Assembly (NCBI RefSeq): GCF_001194135.2
Contig: NC_068993.1
Location: 53,532,017-53,596,016 of the forward strand
Source: Octopus bimaculoides
Taxonomy: Eukaryota
Reading direction: 5' to 3'
Length of the DNA: 64,000 nt
In this document: one piece after another, positions 22,450 through 35,212 of the stretch
How positions within the stretch are numbered: the first letter of the stretch is position 1
How the letters are laid out: each line of letters begins with the position of its first letter
Made by a program: the position numbers and the translations under genes
Notes under the pieces: generated by a model
What the model was told of the DNA's origin: nothing
The model's database searches: none
Seen by the model: only the letters and a program-made list of their open reading frames with translations

Positions 22450-22652
22450 ACTTTAAGCACAAGGCCCGAAACGTTTGGGAAGGGGGGGGGAATCGATTAG
22501 ATCGACCGCAGTACACAACTGGTACTTAATTTATCAACCCCGAAAGGATGAAAGGCAAAGTGGACCTTTGCGGAATTTGAACTCAGAATGTAAAGATAGC
22601 CGAAATACCGCTAAGCATTACGCCCTGCATGCTAACGACTCTGCCAGCTCGC
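22450..22652 (-). mobile_element. SINE family A
   Basis: GCACAAGGCCCGAAA..GGTACTTAATTTATCAACCCCGAAAGGATGAAAGG..GAATTTGAACTCAGAA..CTGCCAGCTCGC. Confidence 0.85.
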
Positions 22653-24129
22653 AGAAACTAACAAAACTATTGCACGTATCAGTTGATTAATGTATCTGTG
22701 TTCACTCTGCCTGTGTGTCATAGGACTATAGCGGAAGTTAGGAGCCTTAGACATAACATCGTGGGTGGATGACACGACACCCGTATATCGGATGTACCAA
22801 CCCCGATAAATTTGTTTCTTGACTTTCGTTAAGTAAATAAAAGGGAGTAAAAGCGCCAACACACATCAAATTACACAGTAACAAAAAATTGTGTGGCACA
22901 AGTGTCACTTTCTAAATATTTGAAATTGTTAAACTAGTGACACGAACGTTCACACGCAAGTACGCACGCACACATATTATACATACACACACACACACAA
23001 CATAGATATGTACGTACATACACACATAAATACTACGGACATACACACGTGCGTACGTGCATACATACTTACACACAAACATACATACATACACGCATCT
23101 ACGTACACGCATCTACATACACGCATACATACATACATACATACATACATACACACATACATACTTACACACACATACATATACACGTACATACATACAC
23201 ACATACATACATACATATATACATACATTCATGTATACATATATATATATACACATACATACTTANNNNNNNNNNNNNNNNNNNNNNNNNNNNNNNNNNN
23301 NNNNNNNNNNNNNNNNNNNNNNNNNNNNNNNNNNNNNNNNNNNNNNNNNNNNNNNNNNNNNNNNNNNNNNNNNNNNNNNNNNNNNNNNNNNNNNNNNNNN
23401 NNNNNNNNNNNNNNNNNNNNNNNNNNNNNNNNNNNNNNNNNNNNNNNNNNNNNNNNNNNNNNNNNNNNNNNNNNNNNNNNNNNNNNNNNNNNNNNNNNNN
23501 NNNNNNNNNNNNNNNNNNNNNNNNNNNNNNNNNNNNNNNNNNNNNNNNNNNNNNNNNNNNNNNNNNNNNNNNNNNNNNNNNNNNNNNNNNNNNNNNNNNN
23601 NNNNNNNNNNNNNNNNNNNNNNNNNNNNNNNNNNNNNNNNNNNNNNNNNNNNGCGCGCACACACACATACATACATACATACTCTCATACACACATAGAT
23701 AGATAGATAGATACATACATACATACATACATACATACATACATACATACATACATACATACATACATACACACGACTTAGAACCTTCCTAATTGTTAAG
23801 AAGCCCAGTTTGGCTTCCTCCAGGCGAAATCTTACCAAAGTCAATGAGAACAGGAAAGACGGTCAACCAGTACAACAGGCAACAACAATTTCTTCGCAAA
23901 ATATTCCAGTGTCGAAGTCGCTTCTGCAAATATCGTCGTCGTCTTTTCATGCTTCCTTGGCATGAAGACATTGGTAATATCAAGCTCTCATCTGAAACGA
24001 AACAAAACCACGGCACACCGTTTCCGTCTTTTGATTCCCCTCTTCGCCATCTTTCTTTCTATAATCTTGACCTTTTTCGTTTCCTCTTATCTAATATTAA
24101 AACCTTTGATCGATTTACCATTTCTCTTC

Positions 24130-24374
24130 ACTGACAAACATTGTTCCCGTTGCTGTTCTTTTCCGTCTCCTCCTCCTCCGTCTCCTCCACCTCCTCCTCC
24201 TCCTCCTCCTTCCCTTTGTTGGTCTCCTCCCTCTTGTTGTTGTTGTTGTTGTTGTCTCTGTTGTCCTTCATCTTGTTCTTGTTTTGTTCCTTGTTGCTGT
24301 TGCTGCTGATGTTTTTGTTATTGTTTTTGCTGTTGTTGTTGTTGTTGTTGTTTTTCTTCTTCTTCTTCTTCTTC

Positions 24375-24428
<54 letters not shown>

Positions 24429-24442
24429 TTCTTCTTCTTCTT

Positions 24443-24481
<39 letters not shown>

Positions 24482-24578
24482 AATCACCATCTTCTTCTTC
24501 TTCTTCTTCTTCTTCTCCATCATCATCATCATCATCATAATCATCATCTTCTTCTTCTTCATCTTCTTCTTCTTCTCC

Positions 24579-24610
<32 letters not shown>

Positions 24611-24760
24611 CATAATCATCTTCTTCTTCTTCTTCTTCTTCTTCTTCTTCTTCTTCTTCTTCTTCTTCTTCTTCTCCATCATCATCATCATCATCATCAT
24701 CACCATCACCTTCTTCTTCTTCTTCTTCTTCTTCCTCTTCGTTTCCCTTCTCCCGCTCCT
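24130..24760. repeat. Compound trinucleotide array (TCC)(TTG)(TTC)(ATC)
   Basis: Alternating TTC and ATC blocks in a single register. Confidence 0.97.
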
Positions 24761-24936
24761 CCTATACCTCTGTGTTTCATCTTCGCTGACCCGACATCTC
24801 GCTAACACGTTAAATGTACGTCGAAGTCCCTTCGTGCCTGACTGGCGGCAATGTTTAGGACGTGAACGTATGTCTATCTTTCTACCTGTTTCTAAATGCG
24901 TATATGTGTGAGTGTATGTGTCTGTATATATATGAG

Positions 24937-25008
<72 letters not shown>

Positions 25009-25021
25009 ATTGTGTGTGTGT

Positions 25022-25065
<44 letters not shown>

Positions 25066-25236
25066 TTTTGTATCTATAGGTGTACTTACGACTATATGTA
25101 TACATAGCTGCGTGTTTGAACCGTGAAAGGATGGGCAGGGCTAGAGTCGCAAGGAAAGAAGCAATACAAGGGAATATATAAGCGTACTTGTGTTTGAATA
25201 TTTGCATTCTCTCTCTCTCTCTCTATATATATATAC

Positions 25237-25303
<67 letters not shown>

Positions 25304-25534
25304 CATGTGTGTAAGCATATGTACATGTGCATATATTATATATGTAAACACACACACACACGCCTCACACACACAAGACAAGCTTCCTTATAGTTTTCTC
25401 GACTAAATTCCGCTCATGAAGTTTGCTTAACCCAAGAGAACACTTGTGCAAGATGAACCACAAAGTTGCGAATCGAATTTCTAAAGCACATAATTTATAA
25501 ATGTTGTTTTTCATTTTTCAAGATGCCTCACGCG

Positions 25535-25702
25535 AATGCTTTGCAATGCATCATCAGTGCTGTTTCTAGGATCTCAGGGAGTTGTCGGGTCAATTGACCC
25601 TTTCGGGGTTGGTCAAGTCCCAGCTTGCATTCCGATACCAGCAAGCCAATGGCATTTCTTCTTTATCCAAAGCCACCGAGTGGCCATTCTCTTAATCTTC
25701 GA
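25535..25702 (-). mobile_element. 3' end of HERO-like (RLE-endonuclease) non-LTR retrotransposon, cut by gap
   Basis: Minus frame ends RMATRWLWIKKKCHWLAGIGMQAGT*, like recalled HERO ..ASRWLWIKR..W..GTQAG*; 3' UTR ..GACCCG..CACTGATGATG. Confidence 0.6.
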
Positions 25703-25993
25703 NNNNNNNNNNNNNNNNNNNNNNNNNNNNNNNNNNNNNNNNNNNNNNNNNNNNNNNNNNNNNNNNNNNNNNNNNNNNNNNNNNNNNNNNNNNNNNNNNN
25801 NNNNNNNNNNNNNNNNNNNNNNNNNNNNNNNNNNNNNNNNNNNNNNNNNNNNNNNNNNNNNNNNNNNNNNNNNNNNNNNNNNNNNNNNNNNNNNNNNNNN
25901 NNNNNNNNNNNNNNNNNNNNNNNNNNNNNNNNNNNNNNNNNNNNNNNNNNNNNNNNNNNNNCCTTCTCTTTAATATTAATATAATATCCTCGT

Positions 25994-26310
25994 TAAGGCG
26001 GCGAACTGGCAGAAACGCAAGCACGCCGGGCGAAATGCTTGGCGATATTTCGCCTGTCTTTGCGTTCTGAGTTCAAATTCCGCCGAGGTCCACTTTACCT
26101 TTCATCCTTTCGGGGTCGACAAACAGTGAAATACTGAGATCGACATAATCGGCTAATCCCCTTCCCCCAAATTTCAGACCATGTGCCTATAATAGAAATT
26201 ATTATTATTTCGGGGTCGATAAATTAAGTACCAGTTGCGTACTGGGGTCGATCATATCGACTGGCCCCCTTCCTCCAAAATTTGGGGCCTTGTGCCTAGA
26301 GTAGAAAAGA
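25994..26310 (+). mobile_element. SINE family A plus duplicated 3' half
   Basis: Full copy ~25994-26200, then second GGGGTCGATAAATTAAGTACCAG..CTAGAGTAGAAAAG ~26210-26310. Confidence 0.85.
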
Positions 26311-26324
26311 ATATAATATCGCGG

Positions 26325-26600
26325 CATCGACCTGACTATCGGATGTTTCTATACGATGCACTTCGCATTGTTTTAGCTTTCGAATGAAAGCCACCCCGCT
26401 GGCTTGGCGAACCGGCCGACATTTCCCCGCCCCTGATCGGAAGGCTATTCTATCACAGAGTGACCCATTTACAGCTGAGTGGACAGGAACACCGTGAAAT
26501 GGAGTGTTTTGCTCAAAAACAGAACTCACCGTCCAGTCTGGGAATCGAACACACGATCTAGTGATCCTGAGTGCAATACGGTAACCATAAGGCCATGCGT
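26325..26600 (-). mobile_element. tRNA-headed SINE family D
   Basis: CCATTTACAGCTGAGTGGAC..GTGTTTTGCTCAA..GGGAATCGAAC..ACGATC; homologous to 30545-30784 and 53025-53245. Confidence 0.75.
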
Positions 26601-27309
26601 TTTCACATATAATATAATATAGCATTTACGTATATAATACACACACACACACACACACCATATATACTATATGGTGTGTGTGTGTACAAAGAGAAAGGGA
26701 GAGAAAGAGAAAGAGAGAGAAAGAAAGAAACAGAAGAGACGTGAGAAGTGAGATAAGGAAGACGTAAAATAGACAACAGAGCGATATTTTAGTTTCCTCC
26801 TGTTCGAAATGAAGATGAATAAGAGAGAGAGAGGGGGGGAGAGGGTCAGCGAGAGAGAGAGATAAGGAGAGAGTAGGAAAGAGAAGGAGAGAATGAGTAA
26901 GAGGGGTAGTTAGAAACAAGGAGTAAGTGAAAATACGGTGAATGAGGGTGGAAGAAGACGAAGAAGAAGAAGAAGAGAGAGAGAAATAGAGGGAGAGAGG
27001 ATAGTTTAGGGCGGTAAGAAGTGTAGATAGAAGGAGGGGGAGGGTGTAGTTGATGTTGAACATCTGGCAACACTTTAAGACAAGTCACATTCTTTAAGGA
27101 GAACAGATGAGTGTTTTAAGCCTGTTGAGTGTGAGTGAGTCTGAAATGGCAGGAAGTTGAATAAGANNNNNNNNNNATGGTGTGTGTGTGTACAAAGAGA
27201 AAGGGAGAGAAAGAGAAAGAGAGAGAAAGTGATCAGAGAATGAAAGTTGTTTTTTTTAAAATTTTTCCTTTGTATATGATGGAGACGATTTAGAGAGTAA
27301 AAGACGACC

Positions 27310-27880
27310 AATGTTAAATGTTAATGGGAACAACAAATGATGTTCGCGAATTGAAGTCAATGTTTGACACAAGCAGACGTAACAACTAATGTTGATTGAC
27401 AATGTTGCTTCGGCTATCGGTGGAGGGAACACGGTCAGGAGACGTGACCAGTATTGAAGGCAGCTTATGTTGACTGTCAATTGAGGCGACTAATATTGAC
27501 CGATCTCAGTTAGGTAAACGATGTTGACTCTCGTAGCAAGCAACCAGTTTTAGCTGTTGGCTGTCAAAGAGGCAACAATCATTGACTGTCGGTGGATGCA
27601 ACAAATATGCAGACGGTAATAAAGAGGCACGCAATGTTGACTGTCAGCAAAGGCAACTAATTGTGGCTGCCGTGTCAACGAATGTGGATTTTGACAGAGG
27701 TAACTGATATATATTAATTGGCAATGGAACAACCAATGTTGATTTTCATTAGAATCAGCCCAGCGTCGATGAAGTAATCAACGTTGATTATCAATGAAGG
27801 TAGCACTTGGAGGTTAACATGAAATTAACTAATGTTGACTCTCACCAATATTAGCTATTAATGGTAGCAACTTAAATAAG
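27310..27880. repeat. Degenerate ~27-bp minisatellite
   Basis: Recurrent (A)ATGTTGACTGTC....AGGCAAC units. Confidence 0.65.
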
Positions 27881-28723
27881 TCAACTGAATTTAACTTGTG
27901 TCTAGAGTTGTACCGTGTTGACGATTCCAAAGGAGGATGACATAGTGCTAAACACGGCTACCAACAACGGAAAACTTTAAGAACTTCATTTTATTTTATG
28001 TAATAAAAAATCAAAAAATTGAAAATGAAAAATTATAAATGCGTGTTCTTCAACTTAGAAGAGATTATCTTCTCTTAAGTGGTAAATCACCGCCAGAAGC
28101 AAATCATGAGTTCAGAATTGTTTAAGTAGTTCCCTTTCTATTACTCGGCTGGTTTTGATGTTATAATATTCTTTTCTACTTTAGGCACGAGGCCCGAAAT
28201 TTTGGTGGGGTCCTCGCATGGGGATCTATAAGAGTAATTTAAGGGCCCTTGAAAAAATGTTGCTTTAGATGTACGTGTTGGTATGTATTGCAAAAAACAG
28301 CTCGGTTTTACAGAGTTCAACCAAAACAATATAGGAATTTTGAAAGAATTTTTTTTATAAAACTAGTTTTTAAACATCTAATGGTTAAGGGATAAAATAG
28401 TAATTAAAGGGGCCCACCAAGATAAAATAGTAATTAAAGGGGCCCATAGATAAAAATGGTTGAAAAGTCCTGATCTACAGACTACAGAGAGCTATACGTG
28501 CTATACGTGCGAATGAACGAACGTATGTATGTATGTATGTATGTATGTATGCATGTATGTATGTATGCCTATATGTATGTTTATGTGTTTGTATGTGTTT
28601 GTATGTGTGTGTGGTAAAACACGTCACCCCATTATCACAAATGAAAACATTAAGCTGAAGAATGTATGTTAAGTAAACGTATTTCGTGAAGCAGTTATTT
28701 GTCACCTACAGTTCAGGTACATT

Positions 28724-29095
28724 ACTAGTAGTAGTAGTGGTGGTGGTGGTGGTGGTAGTGGTGGTGGTGGTAGTAGTGCTGGTGGTGGTGGTGGTGGTAG
28801 TGGTGGTGATGGTAGTAGTGGTGGTGGTAGTGGTGGTGGTAGTATTAGTAGTGGTGGTGGTTGTGGTAGTAGTAGTGGCGGTTGTGGTTGTGGTAGTAGT
28901 AGTGGTGGTGGTGGTGGTAGTAGTAGTAGTGGTGATGGTGGTGGTGGTGGTAGTAGTGGTGGTGGTGGTAGAAGTAGTAGTACTAGTGGTGGTGATGGTG
29001 GTGGTAGTAGTAACAATGGTGGTAATAGTGGTAGTAGTAATATCAGCGACAGTTGCAGCAGCAGCAGTAGCAGCTGTAGTGGTAGTAGTAGAAGA
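28724..29095. repeat. (GTG/GTA)n compound microsatellite
   Basis: Direct reading. Confidence 0.97.
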
Positions 29096-29329
29096 AGATA
29101 GTGTCTATGTACGGTGGTAGCTAATTCACCACACACCTTGTTACTCCATCTACCCATAGCTCGTGTTGTGTGTGTGTGTGTTTGAGTGAAGACCATTTGT
29201 GTGTACGTTTGAGGCCTTATCATGTTCTCTCCACCCAACCACAGTCCGATATAGAGACCGTGAATTTGAGCTTGGGATCATAATGGTTTGATGAGTTTAC
29301 TCTCTCATACTGGCTTGGCATGGCTTGGC

Positions 29330-29537
29330 AGAGGGATGCAGTTTTTATACTCATATCAAGGAGAGGTTGAGTCGATTACTTTGACTCCCAGTGCTCGACT
29401 GGTACTTATTTTATCGACTCCGAAAGAGATGAAAGGCAAAATCGACGTCGGCGGAATTTGAACTAGGAACGTAAAAACATGAAATACCGCCAAGTATTTC
29501 ACCCGGCGTGCTAACGATTCTGCCAGCTCGCCGCCTT
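29330..29537 (-). mobile_element. SINE family A
   Basis: GGTACTTATTTTATCGAC..GGCGGAATTTGAAC..GATTCTGCCAGCTCGCCGCCTTA. Confidence 0.85.
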
Positions 29538-29853
29538 ACCGAGACACTAAGCCTGTATTTTCTCTTATTGGCATCTCAATTTTGGGGGAATTCTTGAATC
29601 TTGCGATAATCTTCCTTCCTCGAGTAGAGCTGGTCTCAATTCCTAATTGGTAATTATCATATATCTTCTGGAGGCGGAAATAATTTTTATAAACTAGGAA
29701 TTTATGGTGAATGGTATTTGATATACGTCTATGACAAACAAAATCACTTGCTTGAGTTTCTATAATGGGCCGTATCCGTCCTAAAGTTGTTAGTCTTGAT
29801 AACACCATGAGAAAAAAAATAATAAATGGGACTTTGACGGACATTAGCGACAT
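29536..29853 (-). mobile_element. Possible LINE ORF1 remnant
   Basis: ..DFVCHRRI...GRKIIARFKN resembles the CHR..IIVRF motif of L2/CR1/Crack ORF1; weak. Confidence 0.3.
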
Positions 29854-30392
29854 AAGTTACTAAAAAGTCTCTGTCAAACTGAGGTCAAAGCATCAGGTCA
29901 CCGAGGTCATATTAAAACACTTCCTGTGTCATCAGATCACTAAGACAATAAATATCTCGTTATAGCTAACACTCGGCAACTGACGGCATACAAATAACCA
30001 CTTCACACGTATCAGTAGGTCACAGAGGTTATGTTATGTCTGTGACTGCCCCGGTAGGATTCGATGTTGCAATTTGCGTTGAAGTGAAAAAATAGACTCA
30101 ACTCAACTTGTTTCCAGCTTTATTCAGCTCGAGATGACGTAAAATTTGAAATTTCTAAGCAGAATACTGGACATGATGAATGTGCTTCGAACAAATTTGG
30201 TAGAGTAATTTACATTCCATTCGAATGATCGTTCCACGTCTCAAACGCCGATCCATTGGACTTCTCATTGAAGCCATTGAACCACTCTATGTTCATCGCT
30301 AGGTTATTTCTCCATAGGTGTCAACAGGTCACTGAGCTCATAGCAGTATTTTACGCGTGTTACTGTGTTGTTGTTGTTGTTAGTCAGTGAAA

Positions 30393-30784
30393 GTGCGTTG
30401 GCCTTGTGGTTAGGGATGTTACACTGATGATTGTAAAATCGTGGGTTCACTTCGCAGACTGGACAGTGCGTTGTGTTTTTGAACAAAACATTTCCTTTCG
30501 CGTTGCTTCACTTCACTTAGCCGAGGGTGGTCATAGAACCATTGCGCTTTGCCCTGTTTTAGCTTTTTGAATGATGCCACCCTGCTGGCGAGGTGAGCAA
30601 GCCAATATTTTGCCCCTCAGGAAGGTCAGTCCGTCGTAGGTTTATCCATTTACAGCTGAGTGGACTGGAGTAATTTGAGACGTGAAGTGTTTTGTTCAAG
30701 AATAAAACGCACAGCCGGTCCGGGAATCGAAACCACGATCTCGCGATCGAGAGTGCCACACGCCAAACCACTTGGCCACGCGCC
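30393..30784. mobile_element. Convergent pair of family D SINEs (+ 30393-30525, - 30545-30784)
   Basis: + head TGGCCTTGTGGTTAGG..GTGCGTTGTGTTTTTGAACAAAAC; - copy GTGTTTTGTTCAAG..GGGAATCGAAACCACGATC..CCACTTGGCCACGCGCC. Confidence 0.75.
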
Positions 30785-31492
30785 TTCTTGTAGTTTCTAT
30801 TATTATTGTATTTTTTTTTCTTTTGTTTCTATTTAATCCCAACTAAGTTCTGATCCAGCAGACATATGATTAAAGATGAATGAAGCCTGCTAGAAATAGC
30901 AACCAAATATCCGTGATCAAACAGTACTATGATCGAATGCGTTCCAAACATGCCCACATAGTATATATATATATATATATATATATTTTAGCTCGGGTAC
31001 TACATTATCTTTCTCAAGGCAGTAGGATGTAATATTAAGGAAAATTTTTGACTGCCACTTCTAACAGAGTAAACGACCCCGTTGAAGCTTTCTCGTTGGT
31101 GGTCTATGTTGGCGACAGATGGTAAATCCCCGTCTCCCAGAGGCTGGCAGAGTCATTACAGAAGTCTTCTTCTCCATATAGTGCATATATATATAAAACA
31201 GATCAGTCTGACATGTGGGCTCCTTTCTAAGCTGTACCCAAAGGAGGAAAGGCACTCAACACTGCAAGACAACAAACTCATTCATCAATTACAACAGTGA
31301 AGTTTCTGCTTACGGTGGCAAGTTACGTGTTTATGGCTTGGCGGATTGCGCCATTTGAGTGTTAATCGGCGATGAAAAAACGAGTCGTCGATCTCTCAGC
31401 AGGTTTCTTGATGTTTCTATCCATCCAGCCTTCAGTGCGCACTTTGGCAACAGACAACACAGTAAGAACAACAAACACAACAACAACAACAT

Positions 31493-31551
<59 letters not shown>

Positions 31552-31749
31552 ACAACAACAGCAACAACAATTGTGGAATGTTGGTTTGCTGTGAGAAGAA
31601 AAAAAAAATTATCTAAGACTTTTCAATTGAGAAAGAGAAAATACGTTGTTTTCTTAATGGTGGTGGTGGTGGTGGTGGCGGAGGGGAACTTCACCTGTTA
31701 ATGCTTACTGGATACTAAGGTTTTTGTTTCTTTTATTGTTTTACTTATT

Positions 31750-31930
31750 TCAGTCATTTGACTGTGGCCATGCTGCAGCACCGCCTTTAGTCGAAAAAAT
31801 CGACCCCAGGACTTATTCTTTGTAAGCCTAATACTTTATTTTACCGGTCTCTTTGACCGAGCCTCTAAGTTACGGGGACGTAAACACACCAGCATCGGTT
31901 GTCAAGCGATGGTGGGGGAACAAACGCAGA
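31750..31930 (-). mobile_element. SINE family B 3' half, just upstream of tubulin exon 2
   Basis: TTTCAGTCATTTGACTGTGGCCATGCTG..AAGTTACGGGGACGTAAAC..GTCAAGCGATGGTGGGG. Confidence 0.85.
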
Positions 31931-31996
31931 CGTACAAATACATACATACATACATACATACATACATACATACAGTTTTTCTATTTTCTAATGTAA

Positions 31997-32155
<159 letters not shown>

Positions 32156-32434
32156 TGACAGTCGAACTGACGAATGTGTAGCTTTTTACTTGGCCTTGGT
32201 GCCGTAACATGTTTTTTTTTTATTTAGTTTTATACAAGAATAACAGTTTGAGGTTGTTAGAAGTATTGTGGGGTGAGGGTAAGTTTTTATGACTACGTGT
32301 GAGATGAAATGTAAAGTGTTCTTGAAACTTTAAGAGTTTAGAATTGACTTTTATAAATTTAAACCAGTAGAGATTATCTCCCTTGCACAGGGAGCTGGTC
32401 TACAGTAAAGCAGACGATATCTCTTGACAGATCT

Positions 32435-32635
32435 CAGGCAGGGAGCTAACAGAGCCTTTAACACGCCAGGCAAAATGCTTTGCGGCATTTCGTCCGTCTT
32501 TACGTTCTGAGCTTAAATTCCGCCGATCGACTTTGCTTTTCACCTTTAGGGGTCAATAAAATAAGTACTAGTTGAACACTAAGGTCACCCCCTTCCTCCG
32601 AAATTGCTAGCCTTATGCCAAAATTTGAAACCGAT
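32435..32635 (+). mobile_element. SINE family A in tubulin intron 2
   Basis: CAAAATGCTTTGCGGCATTTCGTCCGTCTTTACGTTCTGAG..CCAAAATTTGAAACC. Confidence 0.75.
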
Positions 32636-33829
32636 ATCTCTAGATAGATAGTCTGGTACTTGTACTTGTTTTCAAGTAATAAATGAACTGAGGTAAAACG
32701 GAATGGAGTGATCTGACGAGAAACTCAGCGAATTGCTTGTCGTGGATTTTAGCTCCTGACTTCCGAACAACTGGTTCTATTCATAACTATTGATGACTAT
32801 TTGTGAGATAAAATGTAAAGTGTTCTTCAAACCTAGTAATTGTAAGAGCTTAGTATTGGCTTTTGTTCATTTAAACCGATAGAGATTACCTCCCCTGCAA
32901 GATAATATCATTAGCTAGGTCTCAGGAAGGGAGCTGGCAAAATTTTAAAATTATCAATTAAATCCTGTATCAGATATTTCCACTGTTATATTGCTTGCAG
33001 TTCACATGGCGTTGAAGCCATTCTGTCACAGACAATAACTTGAACTCCTATGGATAACCTTAATTCCTGCTATGTTTACTCCTATAAATTCTCAGTGAGA
33101 ATTAATCCACGAGAGTCTGGACCTTTTGCGCAATAATAACCAATCAGAAATGAGTACAAATTCCAAATCATAACAGGGACGGACAAAATTCAGAAAGATT
33201 GATCGTTGAAGTATTAATTGCTGGTGGGGACACTGTATTTCGTTTAGCCACCATAATATACACCCAACTCTATTAAAGGTTATCCTACCGTGTTAGCAGT
33301 GCGATTCAATTACTTCTAAGTTATCTCTAGAGATATTCTAAAGAATATGGAGCCAGCACTGAAAGTTACTGAATGCATAACTCCTGAAATATGCATATAC
33401 TCTTATTTTTCTCTCTTCGATCGCATTGTTTACATAGACGTATTCGTATATGACACGTCGTAACTTTCAGAGCTGGCTCTAAGTTCTATAGAATATTTGT
33501 AGAGATAATTTAAAAGTGATCGTTGAACAAGAAGAAAGAGAAGTCAATAAAAAAGAGATATAAAGTTGAAATATTTTAGAAAATGTTTACGTCTGCTAAA
33601 CCATTCCTTAAACACCATTGTTTCGATTGCTTTTGCGAAATTTTAATCCAAAATTCCAAGAACGTGCAAGTTAATTTTTAGAATATTAGATATTCTATGT
33701 TGCCAACTGTATTCCTTCACCCAATTAGAACAATATTTACGAAACCAAAATTTTTGTAATCCTGTATTAAATATTCTGTAAAATAAAGTGAAAGTTGTAT
33801 TTAAAATGTCATTTTTTGTTTGTTTTTAG

Positions 33830-33940
33830 GTGGCAAGTATGTACCACGGTCTATATTAATTGATCTTGAACCGGGTACTATGGATTCTGTAAGATCAGGA
33901 CCTTTCGGTCAAATCTTCCGCCCAGATAATTTTGTATTTG
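33830..33940 (+). CDS. TUBB: beta-tubulin exon 3 (codons 56-93)
   Basis: tttttag|GT...TTTG|gtaagt; (G)[36 protein letters not shown](G); 111 nt. Confidence 0.98.
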
Positions 33941-34102
33941 GTAAGTACGCAAAGCCACCTTCAACATCCATCTACCCATCCATCCATCCATCCATCCATC
34001 CATCCATCTACCCATCCATCCATCCATCCATTCATCCATCCATCCTCACACAAACACACACACATACACACACACACACACTTTCGTATTTAATAGTGTG
34101 TA

Positions 34103-35080
34103 NNNNNNNNNNNNNNNNNNNNNNNNNNNNNNNNNNNNNNNNNNNNNNNNNNNNNNNNNNNNNNNNNNNNNNNNNNNNNNNNNNNNNNNNNNNNNNNNNN
34201 NNNNNNNNNNNNNNNNNNNNNNNNNNNNNNNNNNNNNNNNNNNNNNNNNNNNNNNNNNNNNNNNNNNNNNNNNNNNNNNNNNNNNNNNNNNNNNNNNNNN
34301 NNNNNNNNNNNNNNNNNNNNNNNNNNNNNNNNNNNNNNNNNNNNNNNNNNNNNNNNNNNNNNNNNNNNNNNNNNNNNNNNNNNNNNNNNNNNNNNNNNNN
34401 NNNNNNNNNNNNNNNNNNNNNNNNNNNNNNNNNNNNNNNNNNNNNNNNNNNNNNNNNNNNNNNNNNNNNNNNNNNNNNNNNNNNNNNNNNNNNNNNNNNN
34501 NNNNNNNNNNNNNNNNNNNNNNNNNNNNNNNNNNNNNNNNNNNNNNNNNNNNNNNNNNNNNNNNNNNNNNNNNNNNNNNNNNNNNNNNNNNNNNNNNNNN
34601 NNNNNNNNNNNNNNNNNNNNNNNNNNNNNNNNNNNNNNNNNNNNNNNNNNNNNNNNNNNNNNNNNNNNNNNNNNNNNNNNNNNNNNNNNNNNNNNNNNNN
34701 NNNNNNNNNNNNNNNNNNNNNNNNNNNNNNNNNNNNNNNNNNNNNNNNNNNNNNNNNNNNNNNNNNNNNNNNNNNNNNNNNNNNNNNNNNNNNNNNNNNN
34801 NNNNNNNNNNNNNNNNNNNNNNNNNNNNNNNNNNNNNNNNNNNNNNNNNNNNNNNNNNNNNNNNNNNNNNNNNNNNNNNNNNNNNNNNNNNNNNNNNNNN
34901 NNNNNNNNNNNNNNNNNNNNNNNNNNNNNNNNNNNNNNNNNNNNNNNNNNNNNNNNNNNNNNNNNNNNNNNNNNNNNNNNNNNNNNNNNNNNNNNNNNNN
35001 NNNNNNNNNNNNNNNNNNNNNNNNNNNNNNNNNNNNNNNNNNNNNNNNNNNNNNNNNNNNNNNNNNNNNNNNNNNNNNNN
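34103..35080. other. Assembly gap (largest of ~15)
   Basis: Other N runs: 941-973, 9069-9591, 23267-23652, 25703-25961, 27167-27176, 38162-38278, 40114-40450, 42549-43164, 44859-45349, 45923-46261, 48251-48342, 51742-52084, 56379-56541, 57673-58128. Confidence 0.99.
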
Positions 35081-35170
35081 AAAATCCCCTAAAAAAACCA
35101 ACAATCACTTGAAAAATAATATGTACAACAGAAATCGGGCTGCGAGCAAAGAAATTAACTTACCATTTCG

Positions 35171-35212
<42 letters not shown>

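Noticed and set aside
24128-24911. Long ORFs encoding poly-K/M, poly-I/F, poly-H/L
   Set aside because: Stop-free frames of a trinucleotide array; no splice context or domain.
26671-27230. Exact ~50-bp repeat at 26671 and 27177 as a biological duplication
   Set aside because: The second copy starts immediately after a 10-N gap; most likely a contig overlap or haplotype artefact.
28686-29238. Poly-Val and Pro/Leu-rich ORFs
   Set aside because: Products of the (GTG/GTA)n microsatellite.
33820-35112. 430-aa ORF in the track
   Set aside because: Only 33830-33940 is tubulin exon 3; the rest is intron read-through and N gap. The same applies to 37725-37979 and 63493-63726.
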